Of a DNA stretch of 64,000 bases, positions 26,767 to 39,849 are shown piece by piece; the stretch's first letter is position 1; every line of letters starts with the position of its first letter. The DNA is from Octopus sinensis (Eukaryota), in contig NC_043001.1 in the NCBI RefSeq assembly GCF_006345805.1, positions 100,068,001 through 100,132,000 of the forward strand, given 5' to 3'. The notes beneath the pieces are model-generated. The model was not told the DNA's origin. It searched no databases and saw only the letters and a program-made list of their open reading frames with translations. Both the position numbers and the translations under genes were made by a program.

Positions 26767-26957
26767 TATACTAATGTATACATATATTATACACACACAC
26801 ATATACATTCTTCCTTTATTATTAAAACTGAGTAGCAGTTTTTGTTGATACTTTTGCAGCTATGATAATAATAATAATAATAATAATAAAGTATATTGCT
26901 CCACCTCCGGTATTTGAGTACTGTTGTTTTCCAACTTGTTTTGTATTTATGTGCTTA

Positions 26958-27009
<52 letters not shown>

Positions 27010-27169
27010 ACTAAATGTCTATATGTGTTAATTTATATGTACATATGAATAAATATATAAATATATACATATATATGTATGTATATATGTATGCGTATAT
27101 ATATATGTGTGTGTGTGTTTATATATATATATATATAAATATATTAGTTAAAATTTATAGAAAAACAAA

Positions 27170-27290
27170 AGACAAAGATAAGTGTCAACATCAAGCAAGT
27201 GTATTAGTTTGATGCTCGGGGAAAATGAAAAAGTCTTTTACATTTCGACCCTACGCTCTTCAACAGAAAGGAATAAGAGAAAATACTCAG
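27170..27290 (-). mobile_element. Family B fragment with decayed HHR at 27235-27270
   Basis: cttt-CTGTTGA-A-GAGC-gtag-GGTC-GAAAT-GTA-aaag. Confidence 0.65.
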
Positions 27291-28369
27291 AGAGAATGAA
27301 ATAAATATATATATATGTCTGTGTATGCATATTAATATGTAAATATATATATATATCTATATCTATATATATATATATATACACATATGCATATATGTGT
27401 ATGCATGTATGAATATATATTATATATGCATACATAAACTAGGATTGTCTTCCAGTCCCCTTTCTTGCCCTCATTGCTCTGCTCATTGTATTGCTGCTCC
27501 TCCCACCCCACCCATTTTTCTACCCAGGTCCTTGTTACTTGTGGCTATACCCTAGCACTACACCATCTCTCTTACACTTTTCTTGTTTCCTACTCTCTCT
27601 CTCTCCTCATGGTTTTTCTTCTGACCAGGTAACCAAGTATCTCTTTTGCGTCAACACATTTGTTTCTGGTCGCTTTATTGTACCTGTCTCTCTCTCTCTC
27701 TCACTGGGTAACCATGTGTTTCCTCTATAGCAAGACACCCATTTCTGCCTCTCTATTTCCCTGTTTCACTCTAATCCTTCATCATCTGCTACTGGATCAC
27801 CTCCTCCAATGTCCCCCTCCCCATTAAAGAAAGACATCTGCTTCTGTCTCTGTCACCCACTAATCTTTCATCCCCTGATACAAATTCCCCTCCTCTAATG
27901 CTCCTGCTCCTCTCATAATTCCTTGTCTTGCAAGTTACTTAGTGAACCCTACCAGTGCTGGTGCTACATTGGAAGTGTTTGGAAGGGCATCCAGCTGTAA
28001 AAATCATACTAAAAGTAACCTCGCCTGTGCTAGTGCCACGTAAAAAACAGCAATCGATCGTGGATGTTGCCAGCCTCCCCTGGCACCTGTGCCAGTGGCA
28101 CGTAAAAAGCACCACTACACTCACGGAGTGGTTGGCATTAGGAAGGGCATCCAGCTGTAGAAACACTGCCAGATCAGACTGGAGCCTGGCACAGCTTCCT
28201 GGCTTCCCAGACTCTAGTCGAACCGTCCAACCCATGCCAGCATGGAAAACGGACGTTAAACGATGATGATGTTTATACACATATGTGCATATACATCAAT
28301 AAGAGTACATATATATGCATATATTTCGTTTTATTGATTCTAGTCATGAGGTTGTGTTAGGGTGCTGCC

Positions 28370-28560
28370 ATTCAGAATGATTGGGTTTATTTTACATATT
28401 GTTTCTTGTGAAGTGGGGAGTTGGTCAGAGCTGCTCTTCTCTGTGGCTCTTGCCAAAATCTGGGTTCAGATAAAAATGTGTTCAAATGTTCTTCAAATCC
28501 CTTGCAAATTTCTGAGGCTGTTTGGCAGAACGTTGACCAGTTGTGGACACTTGAATCCCA
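28370..28560 (-). mobile_element. CR1-like LINE 3' remnant
   Basis: NVLPNSLRNLQG on the minus strand; homologous to 33880-34400. Confidence 0.5.
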
Positions 28561-29227
28561 AGCAGTTACAGTACTGCTTTCTTTTTCTGGACGTAGAAGA
28601 TATATTTATAAATATATCCATTTACACAGATACATACATACATACATATACATGTATATGTGTGTGTGCATAAATATATATACACACACACACAAATGCA
28701 CATACATTCAAAATTCAAATACAGGCATATTGATGTAAACTTTCTCTACTTAGAAGAAATGAGACACATAAGAGGGTTCAGGAAAGTGTATAAAGTCCCT
28801 GAGGTGCTCCAGCATGACTGGAACTGAATGGATGGAACACATAAAAGGTACAGCAATAGCTAGGGGGTTTCAAGGGCTCACACCTCTTGAACGCTCAGTG
28901 AAAAGAATTAAAAATCCTACACAACATGGTTATGGATGTTTTTAAAAAGGAATTGCACAGCCCCCAGTCCACAATACTAAACCCTCAAATGTTGCAGCAT
29001 AGAGTACAGAGAAGGGTAGCATTTGAATGTCAGATGTTGTCACAGGCCAAAGGTGAGAGAAATGAGGAAAATAGCACTTGCAAAGGGTGATGATATGAAA
29101 CCCCACCACACAGAACAAAAAATCAACCCCTGTCACAATGGGGAGCCAGCATGACTGCACTGACATGGTTGAAACATATAAAAAACAAAACAAAACAAAT
29201 ATATATAAATACACACACATACAATAT

Positions 29228-29266
<39 letters not shown>

Positions 29267-29898
29267 AAAGGGTAACAATCATTAATGATTTTATGAGGGG
29301 GGTCAGCGTGGATATAAAAACTTTTTAGATAAATTTTACAAATATTTTAATAATTAAGAAAATTAGTGCATGGAGAGGCTTATAGCCAATACCTTGTTAT
29401 AATTATGTATATAATTATATATATATATTAAAAAACTTAGGGAATTTATTAATTGTGGTAAATAGTTTCATTTATTAGTATTATTCAATAAATTTATAAC
29501 ATATACAGAGTTTTTTACTTTTTAAATATTATTAACTTATGTTTGACATAATAACGGTAATATATACTAGTATTGATAGGGATAAATTTCACAATAAATT
29601 ATTAGGTAGTTTAATATGACGTGATTATAAAATAGTCAAAGGGGATTTCTTCCTGTTTAGCACTTTCTATATATATTGTTATACTTTTAGGTGTTTAACT
29701 TTATTAAATTTTCATGAATTTTAAAAATTTTATAATTTAAAAAAAATTTTTAAATCTTTTAAATTTTGCAAAAATATATTAGGAAATTATATATAGAGAT
29801 ACTTTTATTTTCATTTTATTCTTATTTTTCATGAAGATATCTTAGAATTTGTATGATTAAGTAGGATTTGTTAATAATAATAATAATATAAAGAAATA

Positions 29899-29972
29899 TA
29901 GCCTGAGGACGCACTGGTAGATTTATGTATTAGGCATAAAACAAACCACCAGCACAGAAACACGTGTAGCGT
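29899..29972 (+). ncRNA. Degenerate type-I HHR candidate with extended stem II
   Basis: gc-CTGAGGA-cgcactggt...accagcaca-GAAAC-ACGT-GTA-gc; stem II mismatches explained by three CpG>CpA changes; stem I only 2 bp. Confidence 0.5.
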
Positions 29973-30229
29973 TGATTAATATTATCTTCTTTCCCCACAG
30001 ACTAACAACAGGTAAGGTGTATATATATATATATGTTTCAAAATGTGTTTATATAATTTCTAACTAATTCTAATGTACTTTATTTTATTGTACGATATAG
30101 TAGGATTTAAAATGATTATATTAATAGATTAGTATTTTCGCTATAATATTCTATGTGTACTCCTGTAAATAAGGTTATCCTGAAATTGAAGTTGTGGTTC
30201 TATAGGTAAAATCCCAAATTTGTAATAAT

Positions 30230-30268
<39 letters not shown>

Positions 30269-31108
30269 CTATACATATGCTTGTGTATGTATATATATAA
30301 ATTTTACGCTACATTTAACAGTTGCTCTAATAATTCCTCACTCAACTAAACAGACAGCAGTTACAATTTTGCAGTCAAGAAACCAGCATGGTCTTTTTTC
30401 CTCTTGTTGTGACAGTATATTCACAAAGCCTACTTAACTATTTTGTAACGGGTACAGGATTGTCATTCAACTGTGCAAACTTTGTTGTATTTATAATTCA
30501 AGACCAACGGGGAAGATACTTTGTGTGGGGAATGAAGTTCTGTTCATTGTCCACAAGTGTTGTGCACCATTTTTGCAAGTAGAACCCAACTCAGCCACCA
30601 GCGTCTCACATCTTTCATTAACACCACACCCTTATACATGTTGTGTATGTAGATGTGCATGTATACATACATATATATCACGTGACCGACCAGAGCATCA
30701 GATGTTGTTACACATCGCTGGTCACAATGCGTTCACATTGTTTTAGCCTTCGAATGACGCCACGCCGCTGTATATTCTTTTATTTGTTTCAGTCATTTGA
30801 CTGCGGCCATGCTGGAGCACTGCCTTTAGTTGAACAAATCGATGCCAGGACGATGGTCTTCTTTCAGTTTCCATCTACAAAATCCACTCACAAGGCTTTG
30901 GTCAACCTGGGGCTATAGTAGAAGACACTTGCACAAGGTGCCATGTAGTGGGACTGAACCTGGAACCATGTGGTTTGTAAGCAAGCTACTTACCACACAG
31001 TCACTCCTGTGATTACATTTATACACACATATATATCTGTATACATATACATTTATACAAACATGTATATATATATAATTATATATATATATATATACAA
31101 ACACATTT

Positions 31109-31156
<48 letters not shown>

Positions 31157-31171
31157 GAGTATGTGTATATA

Positions 31172-31216
<45 letters not shown>

Positions 31217-32029
31217 ATATACACATCTGACACCACTATATTTATCTTTTATGTTTTACTTGTTCCACGCAGGGGCACCACTGCCTTGTAGAATCTTTTA
31301 GCTGAAATAATCAACCCCAGCGTTTCATGTCTTTTTAAGCCTGGTACTTATTCTTTCGGTCTCTCATTAATTATGGGGATGTAAACATATGCCTATTATT
31401 AGAAATGTGTCATATCTTCACCCCAAGGAGTAAATTCAGCCTCTTGCAGTCATTCATCTGCTGCACTGTTACAATCTTATTAGTGCAGTGATGTTGAACT
31501 GCATCAAGCTCTGTTGCTAGACTGGTGGTCTGTGGTGACCACAGTGGAGAGCAGCAATCCAAGCAGTTAAGAAGAAAGGTCCTCTACAAGGTCAACATGA
31601 TTTCTTAGTCTCTTGTCTATTAAGGACCTTAATATTCATCTGCCTGTTGTCTGCAATTCATTGCTATCTCAGAGATGTGCATATGAAATGATGCCTCCTT
31701 ACAAACACTGATCCTCAAGTCTCAGGGGCTGAATGTGCAGGTTCATATCTAATTGTGTGTGTGTGTGTTGTACTCCAGAGGACACAACACTATGCCTCAG
31801 CATTAATATATATATTCATATACATAGATATTACATACACATATATTCAAATATATATGTTTATATACTCATATATACACACACATATATCAATTCACAC
31901 ACACACACACGCTGGAACTCAAGTTAATTCAATTCTACAATACAAAGATGACTGACTCAGTGTGCCAAATGAACTACTGAATGGTACTGATTCCGTTCCA
32001 CAGGCAGGTGACACAAAATACATGCTGTG

Positions 32030-32330
32030 GTATGTATATGGATGATCGCATAAAGTCTAGCTTGCTCCCAATTTTGGAATTGGAAGCTATAGTAACCACG
32101 AAACTGGACGCCACTACATTGTATCAAAAATACCACCGTCTCCATCCTGAGTGAGGGCACAGTATGGTAATTGGTAAGGTTTCAAGGGCACACAACATTT
32201 CAACACTGCCAAACAACCTCAGAGATCTGCAAAAGATGTGGATGTTTGCAAAAACATATTCGTACAGATTTTCATCTGAGGTGTCAGGTGAACCCATATT
32301 GCAGCAGCAAAGACAAAGAAGTGCAGCTCT
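32030..32330 (+). mobile_element. CR1-like LINE 3' remnant
   Basis: TLPNNLRDLQK...; similar to 33880-34400. Confidence 0.5.
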
Positions 32331-32524
32331 GTATAGTTCACCATTCCACCAGAAACAGTTTCAGAAAGAAATCTGGGAAGTAAGTGTGAAATACAAACCA
32401 CTCACACACAAGGCATGGCCATAGCTTTTGGTTAAAACTGGCAAAAGCGTATGTATAGACATACACACACACACGGACAGACAGAGAGTAAATGAGAGGA
32501 GACATATGTAGGTACCTGAATATA

Positions 32525-32930
32525 GCGCAGGAGTGGCTGTGTGGTAAGTAGCTTGTTTACCAACCGCATGGTTCAGGATCAGTCCCACTGCGTGGCACCT
32601 TGGGCAAGTGTCTTTACTATAGCCTTGGCCGACCAAAGCCTGTGAGTGGATTTGGTGGACGGAAACTGAAAGAAGCCTGTCGTATATATGTATATATATG
32701 TATATGTATGTGTGTGTGTGTGTCTGTGTTTGTCCCCATAGCATTGCTTGACAACCGATGCTGGTGTGTTTACGTCCCCGTTACTTAGCGGTTCGGCACA
32801 AAGAGACCGATAGATAGAATAAGTACTGGGCTTACAAAGAATAAGTCCCGGGTCGATTTGCTCGACTAAAGGCGGTGCTCCAGCATGGCCGCAGTCAAAT
32901 GACTGAAACAAGTAAAAGAGTAAAGAGTAA
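32525..32930 (+). mobile_element. Full composite SINE S2
   Basis: tRNA head GTGGCTGTGTGGTAAG...GGTTCAG, CCTTGGGCAAGTG CORE-like motif, microsatellite, tail ending AAAAGAGTAAAGAGT. Confidence 0.85.
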
Positions 32931-33547
32931 TATGAATGGCCATCATATACTTTCAATTTGTTCATTCTACCGACATCTCAATGGCTGAAGCAGGATTAGA
33001 AGAATATCGTCCATTATGCCATGATGTGGGATTGAACTCAAAACTAGGTTTGCAAAACGACAACCACTCACAACATGTTATACTGGAACACACACAATTA
33101 TATAATACACATGAAAACAAGGCTTACAGATGTAAATATATCAACGAAACATACGTACACACCTATCAATACATAAATATATGCATATACATACATACAT
33201 ACACATATTCATACACAGGTATTCATACCCACACATACACTCCCCCCACCACCACATATATATGTATGTATGAATGAATGGGTGGTTGAATGTATGTATG
33301 TATGTATGTACGTACATAATGGTGTGCTTATATGTGGTTGTGCAGGATTTCATGTTCAGTTCCACAGGGTAGCAACTTGTGAATGTGTTTTCTGCAATAG
33401 TACTGGGCTTACAAAGACATTTTGCACAAGTTTATAATATAATAATGAAATTATTGTATACAGTGCTCAGGTGCAACACAGATAGTGTGCGTGTGTGTTT
33501 GCTAAATAGTGTGTGTATGTGTGTGTGTATATACAGACACACACATA

Positions 33548-33748
33548 TACAAGGAGTCCATAAATTATCCTTAGAACTTCCACAATTTACCGTTTAGATG
33601 AGTTGCGTGTAACCAGTGGAGCCCATGTGGAAATGTTCTTATGTTTCTAATAAAACTTTATTTGTTTGGCCCTGTTTTCCAATAAACATTTGCGAGTTAT
33701 CCTTATTTTCCATTTTAATTGGAAAGGAAATTTATGAACACCTTCTGT
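33548..33748. mobile_element. Possible Tc1/mariner MITE
   Basis: Imperfect TIRs CAAGGAGTCCATAAATTATCCTT / AAGGAAATTTATGAACACCTTCTG. Confidence 0.4.
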
Positions 33749-33879
33749 GTATGCATGTATGTATGTACACACACACACAGAGTCAAAGACAGATAAAAAT
33801 GTAACTGTACACATGTATAAATTAATATGTATAAATATATATTTATATGTATATATATTTAAACATGTACATTATTTAG

Positions 33880-34400
33880 AATGAGAAAAGAGAACCGCGC
33901 AGTATAAAATTAAGGGCAGAACTAAGAGCAATCTAGCTTAGCTGCACATATCAATGCAACGTGTCAGCTACAGAGAAGGGCTAAGAAAATTAAGACTTTA
34001 TTCCCTAGAATGGTGGCGGGAAAGATATGCAGTGATATACATCCGGAGAATCCAGAATTGGAAGTTATGCTAACAACAGAACAGGGCACCATGCAAAGTG
34101 CCAAAGTTCCAACCATCACCATCAAGATACAAGAACAGATACGTAAACGGCTTGGGGTTCAAGAGCCCACAGCTCTTCAAAACCTTCCAAAAAACCTGAG
34201 AGACCTGCGTGGTGAGGATGTTGTTGTCTTCAAAGCAAAACTGGATTTCCTTCTCTCAAGGATACCAGATGAGCCTACCTCACAGTAGGTAATGCCAGCT
34301 AGGGTAGCAGCATCAAACTCCCTCATTCACCAAATTCCGCATATCAAAAGAGGTTTGAAGTAGAAAAAGTGTAGCAAAGCTAACATGCTGCCCAAGCATG
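33880..34400 (+). mobile_element. CR1-like LINE 3' end
   Basis: SYREGLRKLRLYSLEWWRERYAVIYI; NLPKNLRDLRGEDVVVFKAKLDFLLSRIPDEP; RVAASNSLIHQ. Confidence 0.75.
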
Positions 34401-34458
34401 GTTCCTCAAGTTAACTAGTTTCTCAAGCTGAAACTAGTTAACGAGTGTTTGTTATATA

Positions 34459-34558
34459 NNNNNNNNNNNNNNNNNNNNNNNNNNNNNNNNNNNNNNNNNN
34501 NNNNNNNNNNNNNNNNNNNNNNNNNNNNNNNNNNNNNNNNNNNNNNNNNNNNNNNNNN
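34459..34558. other. Assembly gap (100 N)
   Basis: Directly visible. Confidence 1.
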
Positions 34559-34707
34559 TGTAAATGTGAATGTATGTAATATATATATATATATATATAA
34601 GCTCATGTAGGTATGCATGTATACGTATGTAGGTACATACATACATATGTATGTGTGTGCATCTATCTATCTATACGCACACACACACACACATATATAT
34701 ACACATG

Positions 34708-34754
<47 letters not shown>

Positions 34755-34756
34755 TC

Positions 34757-35169
34757 ACAGAGTGTTCAAAAAGTCTCTCCGCAGTGAAATTTTTAGTGAA
34801 CCTATTATTTCGAAGGGACTTTGGCCACCATGATCACCTGATTTAACACCGCCAGACATTTTTTTCTGGGGAGCAAGTAATGGATCAGCTTACAAGACTC
34901 GCTCGAAAACCATTAATGAGTGAAAAGACGCAATCCTAACCTTCACACGGTCCATAACGCGCCGGATTCTCCAAGGTGAATTTCAAAACATGTGTAGAAG
35001 AGTCACCCTTTGCATTGTAAATGAAGGACGACACTTTCAACACCTCTTATAATGTTTTTTTTTTAAAGTCTTGTAAAGTCTAACATATTCTTTTGTAGTT
35101 TTATACCATCCTTTAAATATTTATTTTGCAATAAAATACTCACTGCGGAGAGACTTTTTGAACACCGTG
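34757..35169 (+). mobile_element. Internally deleted Tc1/mariner element
   Basis: ~30-bp TIR CAGAGTGTTCAAAAAGTCTCTCCGCAGTGA / TCACTGCGGAGAGACTTTTTGAACACCGTG; internal WPP*SPDLTPPDIFFWG. Confidence 0.85.
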
Positions 35170-35254
35170 TGTGTGTGTGGTGTGTGTATGTGTATGTATA
35201 CACACACATATTTATATATATATATATACACATATACATATATATATATTTATA

Positions 35255-35660
35255 AAGTTAATCCAAACAAGAAAACAAAAAAACAACAACGCAAGGATGT
35301 GGAACAAATAAAGTATTATTGGACGCTCAGGAAAGAAGGGAAGAAGGAGGGTTTGACGTTTCGAGCGGAGCTCTTCGTCGGAAACATAGGAGAAAGAAAC
35401 ACCCCGAGACGGGAGGACAGAGGAAAAAAAATAGCAGGTAGTCTACACGAGGTCACATACTAAAAAGACGGAAGTGGTCAAAAGGAAGGAAAAGTGTTTT
35501 TTAAAAACAAAAGAGCTGAATCAGAGAATGAATGGTAAAAAAGGTGTGCGAGATGAAGGGGTGTTTGTGTGAGTGTGTGCGTGTGTGTGTGTAGTGTGTG
35601 TATGGTGGACGAGGCTAGTAGCAAGCAGTAATGGAATGATGGAGATGGCTGGTAGCAGGC
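35255..35660 (-). mobile_element. Family A Penelope-like terminal element with best-preserved HHR at 35351-35385
   Basis: gttt-CCGACGA-A-GAGC-tcc-GCTC-GAAAC-GTC-aaac; flanked by (TA)n. Confidence 0.75.
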
Positions 35661-36339
35661 AGTAAATATATATATATATATACGTACACTTATATATTCT
35701 TTTACTCTTTCTTTCTATAACTTGTTTCAGTCATCTGACTGCAGTCATGCTGGAGCATCGCATTTAGTCGAACAAATATATATATATATACATATATATA
35801 ATATATATATCATCATCATCTTCGTCGTTTAACGTCCGTTTTCCATGCTGACATGAGATGGATGGTTTGACAGAGATCTGGAAAGCCAGCAGCTGCACCA
35901 GACTCCAATCTGATCTGGCAATGTTCCTACAGCTGGATTCCCTTCCTAATGCCAACCACTCTGAGAGTGTAGTGGGTGCATTTTACGTGCCACCAGGACA
36001 AGAGCCAGTCAGGGGAGTACTGGCATCGGCCACGTTCGATTGGTACTTTTTATGTGCTACCGGTACGAGAGCCAGTCAAGTGGACCTGGCATTGACCATG
36101 TTCGGATGGTGCTTTCTACGTGCCACCGGCACGGGAGACACTCAGGGGGCACTGGTCACAGTTACGATATTGGTTTTATTTGACTCAACAGGTCTTCTCA
36201 AGCATATCATATCACCTGATGCATCAAGGGTATTCTTAACAGGGCCAGACATGCGTTGCTGCGATCTCACTTCCGTTGCCGGGACTTCTCAAGCATATAT
36301 ATATATGAAGAATTCTATTGTCGTGAACGACAAATGAGG

Positions 36340-37010
36340 CATCAGTAAAATAAAGCGTTAATCATGTTCTATGCACACGAACGTGGCTCTTGAGGCCTGC
36401 TGGTGCCTTGCAAACCTTTTGGCAAATGGAACAAGTCGAGGATTCAGTTTGCTTAAGTGCTTGTGGATCATTCACAATGTGTTTTCTCGAGTGGACGGTA
36501 AGACCTGCTTTGCTTCACGCTACAAAATCACAATGACATTTAAGGTTTTCATTTAGAGGAGCAGCGTTTTGCCAGAGTGCCTTCATGCTTGCGTGGAATT
36601 GCTCTCGATTTTGGAGTCGACTTGGCTCAAATCCTGCGTTTTGAAACTTTGTTTTCTCAGGAAGGAAAGAGAGTGTTGTATCGCTTCAGACTGTCTTTTA
36701 GTTTGTTTTTGAAGCGCAAGAATGGCCTTCTAACTGACCTTCCAGTTGAGAACTGGCCAAAGAGAAGTTGCCTCGGAATTCTGATATCATTCATACGTGA
36801 GAAATGACCTGACTATCGAAGTTGCATTTTGATGAGGATGGCTTCAATACCTACGTTGCATTTTTTAAGTACCTCACTGTTACGAATATGGGCACTCAGT
36901 TTTATGTGGGAGATAATACGCAAGCATCGCATATGAACGGCATCAAGCTGGTTGATGTCCTTTCTGTACAGAGGTCAAGATTTAGCACCATAAAGCAATG
37001 TCGTCAAATC
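36340..37010 (-). mobile_element. RTE (BovB-like) LINE 3' remnant
   Basis: LTTLLYGAKS*PLYRKDINQLDAVHMRCLRII...QLR*SGHFSRMNDIRIPRQLLFGQ. Confidence 0.8.
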
Positions 37011-37105
37011 ATACGATGATTTCCTGAATGATAAAACGTGGGATTTCTTCGGTAACTCTTATAAACTGACATGGTAAGCCAGTTTAACCCTAGGCCCCAG
37101 GTAAA

Positions 37106-37153
37106 AGCCACTGACGAGCATTAATCAAATGCAAAATCACAGGTGATCTGGCT
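37106..37153 (+). ncRNA. Conventional type-I HHR with three intact stems and a G12A core change
   Basis: agcca-CTGACGA-gcatt-aatca-aatgc-AAAA-tca-cagg-tga-TC-tggct. Confidence 0.7.
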
Positions 37154-37287
37154 ATGTCTCGCAAGGTGTAAAGAGCTTGCCTCCCTTGTCAGTCATAAGA
37201 TAAGTGCTTTAGCGTGGATAAGAGTTGTTTTGACTCTTATTTCTAGCAATGCTGAAGCTAACTAGTACTCTTGGTCACTTTTCTGAC

Positions 37288-37323
<36 letters not shown>

Positions 37324-37554
37324 GTGTGTGTTTATATAACAGTTATGTAATGCATGATGAGTACCTTAAGAGTGGGCCAAAAGAGTCCTTATTAAACTAT
37401 CAAAGAAAGATTTGAGCAACTGCCAAAACTGGAGGAGAATAACACTTTTGTGAACACCGGGTAAAGTACTGTGCTCAGTGTTGCTGTTCTGGTTGAAGTT
37501 TGCTCTGGATGTAAAGCCGAGAGAGCAAGAAGCCAGATTTCGACCCAGCAGATC

Positions 37555-38715
37555 GTGCTGTGTGCAAATATTCACACAGCGCAACATCGTAGAACAAGGC
37601 ATGGAACATCAAAGACCACTAATAATAAACGTCATTGATTTCAAAAAGGCATTTGACGGTGTGCATAGAGAAGCCCTCTGGAAGATAGCAAAAGTGTATG
37701 GAATACCAGACGATTCCATCAGTCTGCTGAGCCGTTTCTACAACAACTCAAGCTTCTGCATTAGAAGAGAATATGGATACACTGGTTTTCTTAAGATCGT
37801 CACTGGTGTATCTCTTGTCACCGATGTTGTTTCTGTTGGTCATCAATTTTGTTATGCGAATTTCACAGGTTGGACCGGCTGTAGGCATGCCATTCGACGG
37901 TGAGGGACTGGCTAACAGACTTGCTGTTTACCGATGCTCTGTTGGCAGAGAATTGTCCAGCATTACAAAAAATGACAGCGAAAATGGAAAGGGAAGCGGC
38001 AAAGACTAGGTTGAGAATCAGCAGTCAAAAAATGGTAATGCAAGTTGAAAAAAATGGTAATGCAAGTTGAGAAACAAGTAGAAAGTATATCAGTGAAAGT
38101 TGGACAAGAACCAGTTGAAGAAGCTATAAGCTTCACATATCTGGGAAGCATAGTGACAAGCAATGGCGATGCAGAGACAGATGTAAGCTGCAGAATTGGC
38201 AACACAGTGGCAGTATTTAGAAGACTGACAACACTCTGGTGTATCAACAACATAAGTGTAGAGCTGAAGATTCATTTGTACAAAACAGCAATGCTGCCAG
38301 TAGTGATCTATGCAGCTGAGACCTGGAAGATGACAGTAAAAATCGCCCTCCAACTCGATGTATTTCATTAGCGGTGTCTCAGAAAGATCCTAAGAATCAC
38401 ATATCGGGACAGAGTTTAAAATGAAACCATTCTCCAAGCAGCAAAAGTAAGGTCACTGCATGAAATTGTAACCGAACGATGAATGAGAATAGCTGGACAC
38501 ACACAAAGACTGCCATGGGTTGGATGCCTCTGTAACGTAAGAAAACAAAGAGGCCAGCCAAAGACGACATGGCGTAGTACCTTCAAAGATGACCTACGCA
38601 GACTGAAGATCACCGGGGGAAAAGCATACTGGTTGGCCAGCGACGGAGATAATTGATGATTATTCACTGCTTGGTATGCCGCTCAAAGACACCAATGGAC
38701 CTAAGTAGAAGAAGA
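37555..38715 (+). mobile_element. RTE LINE RT and C-terminal remnant
   Basis: IDFKKAFDGVHREALWKI, FTYLGSIVT, KIHLYKTAMLPVVIYAAETW. Confidence 0.85.
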
Positions 38716-38744
38716 ATGTTTGTGTATGTGTGTGTTGTTCTTAT

Positions 38745-39050
38745 ATAAGAATGTTGTTGACAGTGCCTCGAAGTTTCGTCCAGTTGAGCCATCGTCAGTC
38801 TTCGCTTCGTGTTCGTCTTGCTTTTATATGGTCTCTGTTGAGTTAAAACCCTCTTCGGGTATGTGGGTTTGAGTGGGATGGTAATTAGGTTTCTTTCACA
38901 GTCGGTTGTTCTGGAAAACCATTTTAGAGAACATTTTATTGATTCCATTTGGAGTTGTGTTATTGTTTAGAATTTATTCGTGTAGAACTTTGTAAACAAG
39001 CTTGTAAGTGTTTCTCTTTTGTTAGGTTGGCACAAGATGTGACAATACTT
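38745..39050 (-). mobile_element. Probable Penelope-like 3' end remnant
   Basis: TDCERNLITIP..Y.KRVL followed by CTGACGA...GAAAC; diverged inverted copy at 39670-39730. Confidence 0.45.
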
Positions 39051-39849
39051 TTGTTGCTTTTAGCATTATTGTATTGAATCCTTTTGCTTTGACCTCATAA
39101 AGGTCAAAAGGTACAAAGTCCAGTATTTAAGCCCTTAGTAAAAGGATGCGTCAACCGTCTTTTCATGTTTTTTTTTCTTTTCAAGAACCTTAAAAACAAC
39201 AGGCAACTGCTATACCACGGTCACTTTTAATTTGTGATGATTATCACCTCAGTTTCAAAGTCTTGGCGTCACAGATATGACTAATTATTCATTTAGGTTA
39301 ATTAGGCAAGATTTCGACCCTTTCCATAACCATACAAATTATCATATTCCTTAAAAATGTTCTCCCAAATTTCACAAATGAGGAATCAAAATGTTTCTTT
39401 TGGATGCTCTCCTAGAAAAATCATTATAGCAATTACATTTAAATATTTTCGAAAATTCAGAGTGATCCCTAATGCAAGCAAACTGATATAACCCTTTATA
39501 TTATGTTTATTGTTTATTATATTTTTTATCCCATTTTTATCCATGAATATTTACACACCTTCTATATCAGCCTTGCCTTAGCATATATGTCCGGAGCAAA
39601 ATTTAAAAAGAATTTATTAACAAACACCTAACAAACTTTACCTCCACAAACAAGTTTAAAATCCTTGTATACTACGACGATAGCTTGGCAGGACGAAGCT
39701 TCAAAGTCACTATCAAAAACATTCTTGCTTAAGAACAAGAAATTTGTACTCTATAAAAAGCATAGAGCAACCCAACGAGTTAATGTAGATTTTTAAAATT
39801 ATAACTGAATATAAAAACAAACATTAATGTGTGTGTGTGTGAATTGAAG

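Noticed and set aside
29265-30235. Mitochondrial insertion (control region), suggested by extreme AT content
   Set aside because: No mitochondrial tRNA, rRNA or protein recognised under the invertebrate mitochondrial code; not excluded without BLAST
34408-34445. Hairpin GTTAACTAGTTTC/GAAACTAGTTAAC next to the gap
   Set aside because: No correctly placed core or stem II; adjacent to a gap, so assembly is uncertain
38765-38812. HHR at CTGACGA...GAAAC (minus strand)
   Set aside because: Stems I and II do not pair and the triplet is GGC; at most a decayed remnant
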